NCBI GenBank assembly: GCA_038319685.1
Contig: JBBQDN010000005.1
Coordinates: 15,277-79,276, forward strand
DNA: 64,000 bases
Direction: 5' to 3'
Source of the DNA: Candidatus Saccharimonadales bacterium
Lineage (GTDB): Bacteria; Patescibacteriota; Saccharimonadia; Saccharimonadales; Saccharimonadaceae
Numbering within the stretch: the stretch's first letter is position 1; the number at the start of each line of letters is the position of its first letter. This document shows positions 18,293 to 28,166 of the stretch, piece by piece. The notes below the pieces were generated by a model that saw only the letters and a program-made list of their open reading frames with translations, did not search any database and was not told the DNA's origin. A program made the translations under genes and the position numbers.

Positions 18293-20668
18293 CTATGGTT
18301 TTATCGCTATCGTTGCACTTCGGAAATCAGACGCGCCGTATATAAGGTTTGGATCCCATGGTTTTTGGTTATAAGCGTCAGTTCCAGAAGATGGTGCTGC
18401 GGAATCACCAATAAGATACTGGCCGTCAGGAGTGATGCCTCGGAGGACGATGAAGTGTCCTGCGGTAGTAAATGGTTTTGCACCAGCACCACTCACGATT
18501 ACCATATTTCCGGCTTTAAGTGCCGCATCGATTGAATCTTTAATACCTGCTGGTGCACCTGTATAGGCGAATAATAGCTGACTTTTCACCCCCCAGTTTT
18601 CCAGAATTCTTGGCATTTGAGCTGCATCATAAGGTGTTGAGTTTGCTTTAATCCATTCTCCGACGATATAAGGATTTATTGACTTGTCTTTCCAGGTTGC
18701 AATCACCATGGCCGGTGCGCTTGCACCACAGGCATTGCCCGCATACGATCCACCAGAATATTCTTTTTGGCCCCACTGCGGGTCGCCTTGGCGATAGAAT
18801 ACAAAATCACCTGCCGCAACACCCGTACCGGTTGTATTTCCTGTGCAGCCCGACGTGGATGCAGTGGTTGAAGTTCCTGCTGAAGTTGGCGCGCCTGGTG
18901 CGATACTCGCGTTATCGACGTAAAGATCATACACTCGTTTTGCTTCGCCACCACGAACACGACGGACATCGCTAGGAGAATCATTTGATTCTTCGTAGCC
19001 ACGGAAATTATCACTCGGAGTTCTGATATTTTCACCTTTGCGTCCATGAATAGTAATTGCCGCTTCGATTGGGTCAGTCTCTGTTTTTAGTATCTCTAAC
19101 ATTTTTGACCACTTTGGGCTATTTATTTCTTCCCATACGAACCCTAATTGACCACCCATGTCGAGCATATTGACCTTTTTTGCTTTCATGAATGCAACGA
19201 GAGGATCTTGCCGTTCTGGGAATGTCCACTGGACTAATCCAAACCCAGTCCCACTTTTTGGAACATAATTTGGATCACTTGTTGTTGTGCTTGGTTGTAC
19301 TGAAGCTGGGTTTAATCCTGATTCTTGGACCATGTTACCTATAAATCCTGAAGCTTGAGCAAGGGTCAACCCATTATTCATAAAGAAACTGAGTATTTTT
19401 TCAGTATTATCCTTACCTGTCAGTGTAATTGATCCTGCTGAACTTGCCGCGCAGCACCCAGCATTATTACTACTTGTGGCGGTAGATACAGGTGTTCCAC
19501 CGCGGAATCGAATTGCATGTTGGTAGGCGGCTTCGATTTTATCAGCCGAAACCTTATCCTTCACTGTTTTGATGACAGCCCCAATATCAGTATTGGTGAA
19601 TAAAGGCATATCAACACCAGCATTCATAGCTGCAGCAACTGCATCAGGGACGGTTAATCCAGAGTAACTTGCCATCGGTGATAAATCGTCAGTGGTAATA
19701 GTGCCTGAAAAACCAACTATTTCACGAAGGTAATTAACCGCTTGGGGATTGATACTGACAGGTGTTGAACCCCATTCATTGATTCGTCCATTACTTAACA
19801 TAACTGCGGCACCATTAAGGTTACCTAGTGTTTTATATGGTTTTAATTGTCCTGTATCTTCGAGGTTTTTGAGACTCTGCGAAGCTGCTTGACCATTATC
19901 AGTGTTTTGTGTAAGATCACCAATACCTGGAAAATGTTTATAGACGGGTTTTACTCCTCCGTTACTAAGCCCCTTCGCAAACGCGCCGGCCTTTTCTGAA
20001 ATCACATCTGGGTTTGTTGACCAAGTTCGATGAGAGGTTGTCATAAAACCAGCAGAATTTTGAATATCAAGGACTGGTGCTAGGTCGACGTTTACTCCAT
20101 TTGCGATTAAAGTAGTGGCGACTTTTTTACCTTGGGCCTCGATATCCGTCGCCGACATACTCGCACCCATATCCTGCGCAGATGGCATATCAGGGACAAA
20201 ACGAGTCACATCTCCACCTTCGTCATCAGCACTAATAAACATCGGCGTACCATTAGTATCATTAAGGGCTTTAAAGAATGCCGGAGTTAATTTAGAGAAG
20301 TCAGCTCCGTTAAAGAATACGCCGCCAATTTTAAAATCAGTCACTGCTTTATTCACTGCTTCGGTCTGAGTTGGGTCGTATCCGACAATAAACGTTTGTG
20401 CGATTTTTTGTTCCGGGGTGATTGTGGCTGGTGCTGCAGTTGCGACACCAGTAGGTGTGGCGGAGCAAGATTTTGCCGTACGGCTATAAGTGAGGATATC
20501 GTTTCCGGAATAAAACGCAGGGTCATCACCTTTTATAATGGGGTCGTCGACAGCATAAGCGACCGCCGGTGTGATTGTTGATATAATAAAAGCGCTCGCA
20601 AGTGTCAAGATGAGAGCTCTTTGTGAGAGTCGTTTAAGAGATAGGACTATTTTTTGAATGGTTTTCAT
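18293..20668 (-). CDS. three-domain cell-wall hydrolase: GH3 (NagZ-like beta-N-acetylhexosaminidase) + lysozyme-like + C39-like/papain-like Cys peptidase
   Basis: Signal/anchor LILTLASAFIISTITPAVAYA. GH3 motifs SADDEGG, DLAPVLD, KHFPGIGD. Central FIGNMVQESGLNP...GFGLVQWT resembles a phage-tail-lysozyme-type motif. C-terminal GNACGASAPAMVIA ... AGHFIVLRGI forms a Cys/His pair. Confidence 0.7.
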   Translation of the reverse strand: MKTIQKIVLSLKRLSQRALILTLASAFIISTITPAVAYAVDDPIIKGDDPAFYSGNDILTYSRTAKSCSATPTGVATAAPATITPEQKIAQTFIVGYDPTQTEAVNKAVTDFKIGGVFFNGADFSKLTPAFFKALNDTNGTPMFISADDEGGDVTRFVPDMPSAQDMGASMSATDIEAQGKKVATTLIANGVNVDLAPVLDIQNSAGFMTTSHRTWSTNPDVISEKAGAFAKGLSNGGVKPVYKHFPGIGDLTQNTDNGQAASQSLKNLEDTGQLKPYKTLGNLNGAAVMLSNGRINEWGSTPVSINPQAVNYLREIVGFSGTITTDDLSPMASYSGLTVPDAVAAAMNAGVDMPLFTNTDIGAVIKTVKDKVSADKIEAAYQHAIRFRGGTPVSTATSSNNAGCCAASSAGSITLTGKDNTEKILSFFMNNGLTLAQASGFIGNMVQESGLNPASVQPSTTTSDPNYVPKSGTGFGLVQWTFPERQDPLVAFMKAKKVNMLDMGGQLGFVWEEINSPKWSKMLEILKTETDPIEAAITIHGRKGENIRTPSDNFRGYEESNDSPSDVRRVRGGEAKRVYDLYVDNASIAPGAPTSAGTSTTASTSGCTGNTTGTGVAAGDFVFYRQGDPQWGQKEYSGGSYAGNACGASAPAMVIATWKDKSINPYIVGEWIKANSTPYDAAQMPRILENWGVKSQLLFAYTGAPAGIKDSIDAALKAGNMVIVSGAGAKPFTTAGHFIVLRGITPDGQYLIGDSAAPSSGTDAYNQKPWDPNLIYGASDFRSATIAIKP

Positions 20669-21156
20669 GAAAGTGCAACCCTTACTTGTGGGGGAAAATT
20701 AGTCGTATCCGGAAACGTTGTTCCTGGACCAGCGACAATGACGAGTCCTCCAGCGGCTGTGCCGTTATCTTTGAGGATGATTTTTGCATCATCAGTTTGA
20801 ACGTTTGTTAGTCTGACGGTTACAATGTACCATGCTGTGACCGGTGACGTAAAGCTGACGATTGTAAAATTAGCTTTCCCTACTGAACTAACAAGTGACA
20901 TTGGAGCTGCTTTTATTATAGCGCTATTTAAATCACTTGCCGTTCGATTCGGATATTGATTTATTTTAATTGGACTATTTTCGACCGATGGAGTGACGGT
21001 AGGTTTGATAACCTCCGGGATTTTATTAGTCGTATCCGTATCGTTCGTCACACCTATTTCAGAGGGTTGTTTCATAAGTATATACCACGTCAGTACACCC
21101 GCTACTGTAAAGATACAGGCACATATACTTATGATTATTTTTGTTCTCGTTATCAT
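20665..21156 (-). CDS. bitopic membrane protein, function unknown (T4SS-like block)
   Basis: N-terminal TM IIISICACIFTVAGVLTWYIL. 4-nt overlaps with both neighbours. Confidence 0.55.
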   Translation of the reverse strand: MITRTKIIISICACIFTVAGVLTWYILMKQPSEIGVTNDTDTTNKIPEVIKPTVTPSVENSPIKINQYPNRTASDLNSAIIKAAPMSLVSSVGKANFTIVSFTSPVTAWYIVTVRLTNVQTDDAKIILKDNGTAAGGLVIVAGPGTTFPDTTNFPPQVRVALS

Positions 21157-24100
21157 GCTGCTACTCCTGATTTTTTAAATCGAAGGACATGTTCCCAAGC
21201 ACCGTACGTTCCACTAGCAGGTCCGATTTGCTTTGGAAAAGCCGTGTCCTGAGTATGTGCCCCAAATTGTTGGAATTTTTGACCCGCAACATCATTCGAC
21301 ACAATAATCTCCGTATGACCACTTCGTAGAAGTATGTCTCCTGGTTTAGCATCGGCCTTTGAAACCTCTACGAAATTGGAATTTCCAAGCATATTTGAGG
21401 TCGCAATACCACCGACGTCGACGCCGAATGCGTCATAGATTGACATACGTATCAGCCCACTACAGTCAACAATCGAATCAGTTCCAGCAACAAACCCACC
21501 GGCATTAAACTTCGTCATAAAATCAGCAGCTGTTCCGTCATGTCCACCACCCCATAAGTAGCCATAATCATCGAATTTAAATGCATGGCAGCTAATTTGC
21601 GCTAGATCATCGGCAGCCAGTGTTTTACAGGCTTCAGGGGCTGTTGCAGATACGGTACTTCCGTCCGCTGTTCCTGCGCCACCTTGAGCACTTGGGTCAA
21701 CTTCCGCATCCATACCGTCATTAATCGGGTTATCTATATTGTAGACGCGGAAGTATTTGTAGTCACCCCCCTCACCGTCGGTCAGACATTCGGCACCAAG
21801 TCCTACACCGTTATTATCGTCAGCTTCATCAGATTCACCCCACCCAGCTTGCCTATCAGTGCATGATTTCTGCCACTGCGCGTAGCGACTGTCAGTAATA
21901 GCTTCGCCAGTATCACCGTTAATTTGCTGATGATCAAGCATGTAATCAACAGCAACTGTTGAATCCATATTTAATTCATCGTTCGGTAGTACATAGCGAA
22001 CATTACAAAAAACATCAGCGTCAATCCCAACATCTTCGTAACCAGAATCAGTACATTTACTAAATCGATCTTCGTTAAAAATCTGTGCAGCATTTGCTTG
22101 TGGAATAATACTACTAAATGCTGTTCCAATAAATGTTGGAATAGTTGTCATAGCTGCCGATACGCTACTCATCGAACCGACGATTGTCGGATTTATTTTA
22201 CGGACCAGCGATCCCATGAAGGAGTATTGTTTTGTAATATCAAATGGTGTATCTTTCGCGTCATATGTTTCTGAGGCAATGTTTTGCTGTTTGACTTCAT
22301 TTGTGGCGGCAAAATATGACTTAAGAGTCTGTTTATTGCCAGGTTGAAGTCCACGTTTTTGTGCAAAACCACCAAGTAACGCACCTCCACCGGCAAACAC
22401 TGCATCGCCCGCATCGACACCTGCTGTGTCATGGTTAACAACCGTACCGGCCACAATATCTGCCAGGGATGCTTCAAGGAACGGCATCGCAAAACCAATA
22501 GCGAGTGAACCACCAACGGATACAATAGTACTAATGCCGAAAGTTCCAATCGAAGAAACCAGACCACCAATCAGACCAATCGTACGCGCCCACCAACTCT
22601 GCACTGTTTTACAGACACTACGAATATTCGCACGTCCTTCTTTAGAGTTACCGCCTCCAGCACCAATAACACCTGCAATAGTATCAAGAACATTTGCGAG
22701 TGTACCAGTTAATCCTCCTCCGACCATATACTGTGCTGAACGTGACGTTAAAGTTGGCGCTTCATTATAGGCTGCTACTTTGTAGCCCGGTGAGTCAAGT
22801 GCATTCTTGCCGTAGAATGGGTTTTCTGTTTGTTTTGTTTGAATAACGCCAGATGAGTCGGCACCTGTAATTGTTGACTCATCAGTTGCATACTTAGTTG
22901 TATCGACGGCGGTTAGTTTTTTACCGATATAATTAGCTTCTGTATCTGTCGCATCACCTGCTTTGATGGAATCTGCAAAATTAAAAAACACCATCGCAAA
23001 CTGCGCAAGTTGTATGGCGCGGGTAATTTTTGCGGCCGCTGCAACAGCACGTGCAGTGTTATACACAGTACAGGCAGTATCAGCTGCTCCTGTAATAGAT
23101 AGTCCTTTAAAGCCTGCTTTTAACACTCCACCCGTTGCTTTCTTTCCAGCACCAGCTATATCATTAATATGCCCCACTTGACCTGGATTGCTAGCAATTT
23201 CAGTAAACCTCGGGTTGGCGGTTCCGTCAGGGAGATTTTCGTATACTTTATCAGTTCCGTCAAGATAATATTTGCCGTTACTATCTTCTTGGACAACGCT
23301 CGCTTTATCGACAAGTCCCGTAAAAGCTTTATCACCCGCGGTGGCGTTATCGACTGCTTTGTTTCGTTCTTCATCCGTCGCACCTACGACCTTTTTTGAT
23401 TTATCCGTTTTAAAATTCGCAAACATTTTTTTAGCAATTGAATCCGAAAACCCTGCGAACTTAGGATTATATGCTTTATGGAGTGCACTTCTGAGGCCAG
23501 GGTCTGTCTTCGCTAATCTTGTTAATTCTCCCGGATCACCCATTCTTTTTCCATCGGGTGTCGTCAAACCCGTAACTTTACTTCGTCCAGGAATTGGGCT
23601 ATTTTCTCTTTCTACTTTAAAACCAGCCTTTTCAAACTTTGAAATCTGTCTGTTTGACATAGAAGTAAATTTACAGCGAATTTTTACTCCCGTACAAACA
23701 CTTAGTTTTGGCGAAAGTCCGCTAAGTCGTGCACGGAGCACATGATCAGAACGAAAGTCCATTGCAGTTAGTTGATCATCCAAATCACCCATAATCGTTT
23801 CTTTTAGTTGTACAGGTAAGATCGAAAGACTCGTGAAAGCAAAGAATCCGCCGCCGCCGAATAACAAGGCGAGAATGAAACCAGTTGCACCCTTTTTTTT
23901 GAAAACTTTTGAAATATTACTAAAATTCAAACGGTTATTTGAGGCAGGTGCGCCACCTGCTGTGGTTGAATTTTTCCACCCGCCGGTATTCTCTTCTTTA
24001 TCTTTGGCATCATTGCGATTTTTATTGCCATCACCGTCGTATTTACTGGACTGATTTGATTTTTTACCAGATCCAGAATCGGAACTATCACCACTATCAT

Positions 24101-24245
24101 GGTTCGCTGGGTCATTGGCAAATGCCTCGGCGTCATCAGTACCTTGTTTTGCGTAGGCGTCGGGGAACTGTTCGGCAGCTTGAACCTCGCCGGGATTGTA
24201 GGCGGCATCTTGTTCTTCTTTGGTATCGTTAGTTCTCAGAGCCAT
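21153..24245 (-). CDS. 1030-aa membrane protein with C-terminal NlpC/P60 peptidoglycan endopeptidase domain
   Basis: Acidic disordered N-terminus (~110 aa). TM segments GFILALLFGGGGFFAFTSL and IGLIGGLVSSIGTFGISTIVSVGGSLAIGFAMPF. C-terminal DCSGLIRMSIYDAFG ... GDILLRSGHTEIIV is the NlpC/P60 Cys-His pattern. Confidence 0.7.
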   Translation of the reverse strand: MALRTNDTKEEQDAAYNPGEVQAAEQFPDAYAKQGTDDAEAFANDPANHDSGDSSDSGSGKKSNQSSKYDGDGNKNRNDAKDKEENTGGWKNSTTAGGAPASNNRLNFSNISKVFKKKGATGFILALLFGGGGFFAFTSLSILPVQLKETIMGDLDDQLTAMDFRSDHVLRARLSGLSPKLSVCTGVKIRCKFTSMSNRQISKFEKAGFKVERENSPIPGRSKVTGLTTPDGKRMGDPGELTRLAKTDPGLRSALHKAYNPKFAGFSDSIAKKMFANFKTDKSKKVVGATDEERNKAVDNATAGDKAFTGLVDKASVVQEDSNGKYYLDGTDKVYENLPDGTANPRFTEIASNPGQVGHINDIAGAGKKATGGVLKAGFKGLSITGAADTACTVYNTARAVAAAAKITRAIQLAQFAMVFFNFADSIKAGDATDTEANYIGKKLTAVDTTKYATDESTITGADSSGVIQTKQTENPFYGKNALDSPGYKVAAYNEAPTLTSRSAQYMVGGGLTGTLANVLDTIAGVIGAGGGNSKEGRANIRSVCKTVQSWWARTIGLIGGLVSSIGTFGISTIVSVGGSLAIGFAMPFLEASLADIVAGTVVNHDTAGVDAGDAVFAGGGALLGGFAQKRGLQPGNKQTLKSYFAATNEVKQQNIASETYDAKDTPFDITKQYSFMGSLVRKINPTIVGSMSSVSAAMTTIPTFIGTAFSSIIPQANAAQIFNEDRFSKCTDSGYEDVGIDADVFCNVRYVLPNDELNMDSTVAVDYMLDHQQINGDTGEAITDSRYAQWQKSCTDRQAGWGESDEADDNNGVGLGAECLTDGEGGDYKYFRVYNIDNPINDGMDAEVDPSAQGGAGTADGSTVSATAPEACKTLAADDLAQISCHAFKFDDYGYLWGGGHDGTAADFMTKFNAGGFVAGTDSIVDCSGLIRMSIYDAFGVDVGGIATSNMLGNSNFVEVSKADAKPGDILLRSGHTEIIVSNDVAGQKFQQFGAHTQDTAFPKQIGPASGTYGAWEHVLRFKKSGVAA

Positions 24246-24257
24246 AAAATACTTCTA

Positions 24258-26153
24258 TTATACGCTATATTCGCCAGGGTTCATGTAGCCAGAATTTGCA
24301 ACTGGTGTCCCCGTGGTCGGCGGTTGATTAGTTGGTTTAACACTATCGGCAGGATTGGTTGAAATGAGATTTTGTTCGGTCTGGGAGGGGACGATTTGAA
24401 TATGGACGTGGTTCTGTCCGGCAAAGAACAACCCCTGTCCAACCGGGAAATTCGCAAGGCGTTTTCGTTCTTCTTCGGTTAATTTAAATACATCTGACAA
24501 AACATCGACAGCACTAGACGATTGTTTTAATAGTAACTGCATCGATGAGTTGGCGACGATTGCCCGACCCATTTTGCTGCCCATGAAATCTTCGACATCT
24601 TGAGTGATCGTGGTGAGTCCGAGGTAATATTTACGGGCACGTTTTGCCAGGCTGAACAAGAAGTTCGCAGAATCATCATATTTCATCAATTGCCACGCTT
24701 CATCGACGATGAGCATGCGCTTTTTCTGAACTGAACGGCAAATATTCCAGATGTGTGACAGGACGATATACATAGCGACTGGACGAAGTTCGTCTTCGAG
24801 GTCACGAATATTGAATACCACCATATTATTATTGATATCGATATTTGATTGCTGGCTAAATATACCAGCAAATGTTCCTGATGTGTATTTACGAAGGCGC
24901 TGTGCCAGTGCAGGACCAGTCCCGCCCATATGAAGGAGTGTATCGTAAAGGTCGGAAATAGTTGGCGGCAGTGAGTTATGGGTTAATGGATCACTCGTAA
25001 TACCGGCACGGGCATAGGTATCAATAAGTCCTTGGTCAAGGTCGGCTTCTTCGGCAGGGGTGAGGGCTGACATCGCCTGCCCTGCGGCGGTTGTTTGCGT
25101 CCCACCAAGCATGAGTCTAAGAAGGCCGTGAAGTGTAACAAGGTTGGCACGGAGGGCGTCATCAGCTTCGTCACTGTCGATCACTCGTGGCAGGTCAAAC
25201 GGGTTAATACGAGTATCGGCGTTCAGACTAAGACGGATGTAGCTGCCACCGACGGCATCACAGAGTTTTTGGTACTCGTTTTCGGGGTCGATGATCAATA
25301 TTTCTGAACCGACCATCATGCTACGGAGGGCCTCAAGTTTAATCGTAAACGATTTACCTGCACCAGATTTTGCAAACACCACCATATTTGCGTTTTCCAG
25401 AGAGAAACGGTCGAAAATAACCAGGCCATTATTATGCATATTAATACCGTACAGCACACCTTTTTCCTGAGTCAGATCGGCGCTGGTAAATGGAAAACTC
25501 GTACTGATCGCACCGGTGTTCATGTTACGACGAATTTGCAGCTGATCGGTCATTTGTGGCACGGTACTATTTAAACCTTGTTCTTGTTGACTACTGGCGA
25601 CCTTACTGAAAATAAGTTGTTGACCAAATAACGTTTCAATTTTGTGTTGTACGAAACTCAGTTCATCAAGGCTGTCGGCGTATAAAGTAACGTAAAGTCC
25701 ATATCGAAAGAATCGTTCTGACCCAACCTGTAGTTCATCGCGCAGTTCCTCGGCGTCCTGTAGGGCTGCTTCGAGTCCAGGATCACGCGTACGACCCTTT
25801 TCGTTGTTGATCGACATGGTTGCTTCGAGCTGCGTTACTTTTTTACGGAGGTTCTGTAATACAACTTGGCTTTCGACCGGATAAATAAACATACTAATAT
25901 CGAGCACTTCGTCGATATTGATTAATGAACTAAGCCATCCAGTGTAAATTTGGCGGGGATAACCATAGATATATAGCGTTCGGCCATATTTTGTTCCGAG
26001 TCGGAAATGACTTGAATGAATTTCGAGACTGCTCGGTGCAATTAGGTCGCGGAGTGTTGTCATGCCCTTTAAAAAGGCTTGTTCGATTTCGGCTTGTTCG
26101 CGTGCACGCTGCTGAGCAGCGATATCAATAGGATCGAGCTGTTTTTTAGCCAT
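24258..26153 (-). CDS. virB4: VirB4-family T4SS ATPase (Gram-positive TrsE/PrgJ/TcpF type)
   Basis: Walker A VFAKSGAGKSFT, Walker B RMLIVDEAWQL, GLTTITQDVEDF, N-terminal YGYPRQIYTGWL pattern. Follows a PrgI-like gene. Confidence 0.85.
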   Translation of the reverse strand: MAKKQLDPIDIAAQQRAREQAEIEQAFLKGMTTLRDLIAPSSLEIHSSHFRLGTKYGRTLYIYGYPRQIYTGWLSSLINIDEVLDISMFIYPVESQVVLQNLRKKVTQLEATMSINNEKGRTRDPGLEAALQDAEELRDELQVGSERFFRYGLYVTLYADSLDELSFVQHKIETLFGQQLIFSKVASSQQEQGLNSTVPQMTDQLQIRRNMNTGAISTSFPFTSADLTQEKGVLYGINMHNNGLVIFDRFSLENANMVVFAKSGAGKSFTIKLEALRSMMVGSEILIIDPENEYQKLCDAVGGSYIRLSLNADTRINPFDLPRVIDSDEADDALRANLVTLHGLLRLMLGGTQTTAAGQAMSALTPAEEADLDQGLIDTYARAGITSDPLTHNSLPPTISDLYDTLLHMGGTGPALAQRLRKYTSGTFAGIFSQQSNIDINNNMVVFNIRDLEDELRPVAMYIVLSHIWNICRSVQKKRMLIVDEAWQLMKYDDSANFLFSLAKRARKYYLGLTTITQDVEDFMGSKMGRAIVANSSMQLLLKQSSSAVDVLSDVFKLTEEERKRLANFPVGQGLFFAGQNHVHIQIVPSQTEQNLISTNPADSVKPTNQPPTTGTPVANSGYMNPGEYSV

Positions 26154-26980
26154 TAGACTGTCTCCTCGCCAGCAACACCAAGCCGTGGAGCTTCGCCTTG
26201 ACCTTTACGAACATAGGTACTGGTCACGGCTTCAAAGTTACCGAGTGGTTCACGAACAGCAGTGTCGGGATTGTACATGTTGTAGTATAGTTCACCTAAT
26301 TCTTTGGTATTAAGCTGAATGCAGCGGACGCCGATTTGAAATAGTCCGCTCATGACTGAATCGGTCCGGTTTTTAATCTCATCTTTGGCTTTGTCGTATG
26401 ACGCTTTGTCAATTTTTGTTGCGCTGACTGTTTGTTTTGCAAACACTTTACCGAAAAATCCCTTACCTTGTTCAACAATATTCGTCAGGTCACCCGCTGG
26501 GAAAAATGGTATGATAACAAAAAAACTCTTGTCCATAATATTTGCTTCTTGGGACAAGATATCGATAAAGTTAATATAGTCATCCATCAGGACGTTTAAA
26601 AGCATATTGTCTTGTGATTTACGAATCATCGACAACCGGTCGATGTATGGGCCAATATCAACGCGCTGTGACCGAATAAAGATTTGTACGGGGAAATACA
26701 GCGCGTTAAGGAAGTTCTGATAGCTAAACTCAACACCTTCGCGTTCACGACTACTCATGAGGTCAAAGTTAATTGACTTACACGCGATGACCGACCTGAA
26801 ACTACCATCGTTCATAATCACCATCCCATCACGGATTTCAGATATCAGCAAACTACTCTGGGTAGAATTTTGCCCAGTTTGTTTTTTGACGACTTCTTCC
26901 TTGTCCTGTCCAGTAGTTGGCACGTTTGCGACAGGCGCAGTCGATGCTTGACCCGGAATTGGTTGATTATTTGGCGGCAC
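26153..26980 (-). CDS. soluble 275-aa protein, possibly VirB4 N-terminal-domain-like; function unknown
   Basis: No TM. The pattern IRDGMVIMNDGSFRSVIACKSINFDLMSSREREGVEFSYQNFLNALYFPVQIFIRSQRVD recalls the non-ATPase N-domain of VirB4/TraC proteins (from memory, unverified). Its stop overlaps the virB4 ATG (TAATG). Confidence 0.3.
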   Translation of the reverse strand: MPPNNQPIPGQASTAPVANVPTTGQDKEEVVKKQTGQNSTQSSLLISEIRDGMVIMNDGSFRSVIACKSINFDLMSSREREGVEFSYQNFLNALYFPVQIFIRSQRVDIGPYIDRLSMIRKSQDNMLLNVLMDDYINFIDILSQEANIMDKSFFVIIPFFPAGDLTNIVEQGKGFFGKVFAKQTVSATKIDKASYDKAKDEIKNRTDSVMSGLFQIGVRCIQLNTKELGELYYNMYNPDTAVREPLGNFEAVTSTYVRKGQGEAPRLGVAGEETV

Positions 26981-27013
26981 GATTCCCCACTCTTCCTACC
27001 TTATCCTCTATCT

Positions 27014-28042
27014 CTATCGCAGTGATATTACTACTTCATCGTCATGATGTTCTTGTTTTTGACGAATTCGATGAGCTTCGTGTGCGATTGTCTCTATAGA
27101 GAGATCAGAGTTACTTGCAAGGCTTATTATATCAGGAGAGACGTGATTCTCGCTAGTTTTCGTTTCAGTGATTTGCGCGACGGGTGTGGGGCGTGTAACA
27201 GCAGCCTGTGTTGGTCGTGAGACGGCTGTTTGGGGTTGGCTGGCGATTACAGTAGACTGTGGGACAGTGGCCCCTCCGAGTGGCTGTATGACGGTCTGGC
27301 GGATTGCACTTGGGTATGGGTCGAACACGACGTGAGGGTCACTCGCTGGTTGTGCGACGGGAGTCGGGGGGGTGAGCGCAGTGTAGGGATTTGGAATAAC
27401 AACAGGTTCTGGCTGAGGTGTCATAACAGGTGCTGGTTGAATCGCGGATTGGTGCATTTGATTAATCATGTCCTGGCGACGTTTGACGTCAGCTTGACCG
27501 ATCATATTATTAAATGACTGCGATACCTTGGCGTCGTCATCGAGGACATCTTCGGTTTGTTGAGCGGCGAAAAACATATCAGTCACCATTGAATTGTCTG
27601 GACCTGTTGGCATCGGCACGCCACGAACTGCCCAGCCCCCACTATCAACCACACTTGCCAGGTATGAAAGTCTTTTTTGTGCTTCGTTTTGTGAAATATT
27701 TTTCGTACGTTGAATTTCAACTACCTTTGGCGCGGTAATTTCGACCAATGATTGAATACCATCTGGTTCCCATAACCTTCGACGGGGTTTTAAATAAAAC
27801 GACACAATCGCTGCCAGATAAATTTCCATCGGCTGATCTTTGCGCAGCGGCAGTGCTAGTGCACCAAAAAACAGGATGATCGGTAGCGGGATAACCGCTA
27901 GTGGGATGAATAACTGTGCCAGCCCCCACGCTAGCCCACCAGATATCGCAACAATAATTAAATAAATAAATTGGCGAAAGCTAAACGGCCCGATGAGTTT
28001 GTCATCAGCTTCAACATCTTGAGGTACTTTATAGACCGCCAT
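27014..28042 (-). CDS. PrgI/VirB3-like T4SS membrane protein with long P/Q/T/V-rich C-terminal extension
   Basis: MAVYKVPQDVEADDKLIGPFSFRQFIYLIIVAISGG followed by a second TM matches the PrgI-family N-terminus. Positioned upstream of virB4. Confidence 0.6.
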   Translation of the reverse strand: MAVYKVPQDVEADDKLIGPFSFRQFIYLIIVAISGGLAWGLAQLFIPLAVIPLPIILFFGALALPLRKDQPMEIYLAAIVSFYLKPRRRLWEPDGIQSLVEITAPKVVEIQRTKNISQNEAQKRLSYLASVVDSGGWAVRGVPMPTGPDNSMVTDMFFAAQQTEDVLDDDAKVSQSFNNMIGQADVKRRQDMINQMHQSAIQPAPVMTPQPEPVVIPNPYTALTPPTPVAQPASDPHVVFDPYPSAIRQTVIQPLGGATVPQSTVIASQPQTAVSRPTQAAVTRPTPVAQITETKTSENHVSPDIISLASNSDLSIETIAHEAHRIRQKQEHHDDEVVISLR

Positions 28043-28166
28043 ACTGGTTATTAGTATATCATTTTGTCACAATGTCGCGGTCATCATACTCGTGGTTTTT
28101 TAAATGCAAGAACGCGCACCATCGTAACGGTGTGCTTCGTATAATGAACACTAAATCTTGTTTGCG

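Noticed and set aside
22426-23745. Plus-strand track ORFs of 72-157 aa (22426-22770, 22963-23181, 23169-23399, 23272-23745) inside the 1030-aa NlpC/P60 gene. Similar antisense or alternate-frame ORFs lie inside other long genes (e.g. 18679-19047, 34231-35239, 47568-48035, 49844-50527, 52084-52620, 53259-53939, 56407-56916).
   Set aside because: They lie entirely within much longer, motif-supported ORFs on the opposite strand or in another frame. They have low-complexity or odd composition and no RBS. These are typical shadow ORFs of moderately GC-rich, repeat-rich coding DNA.
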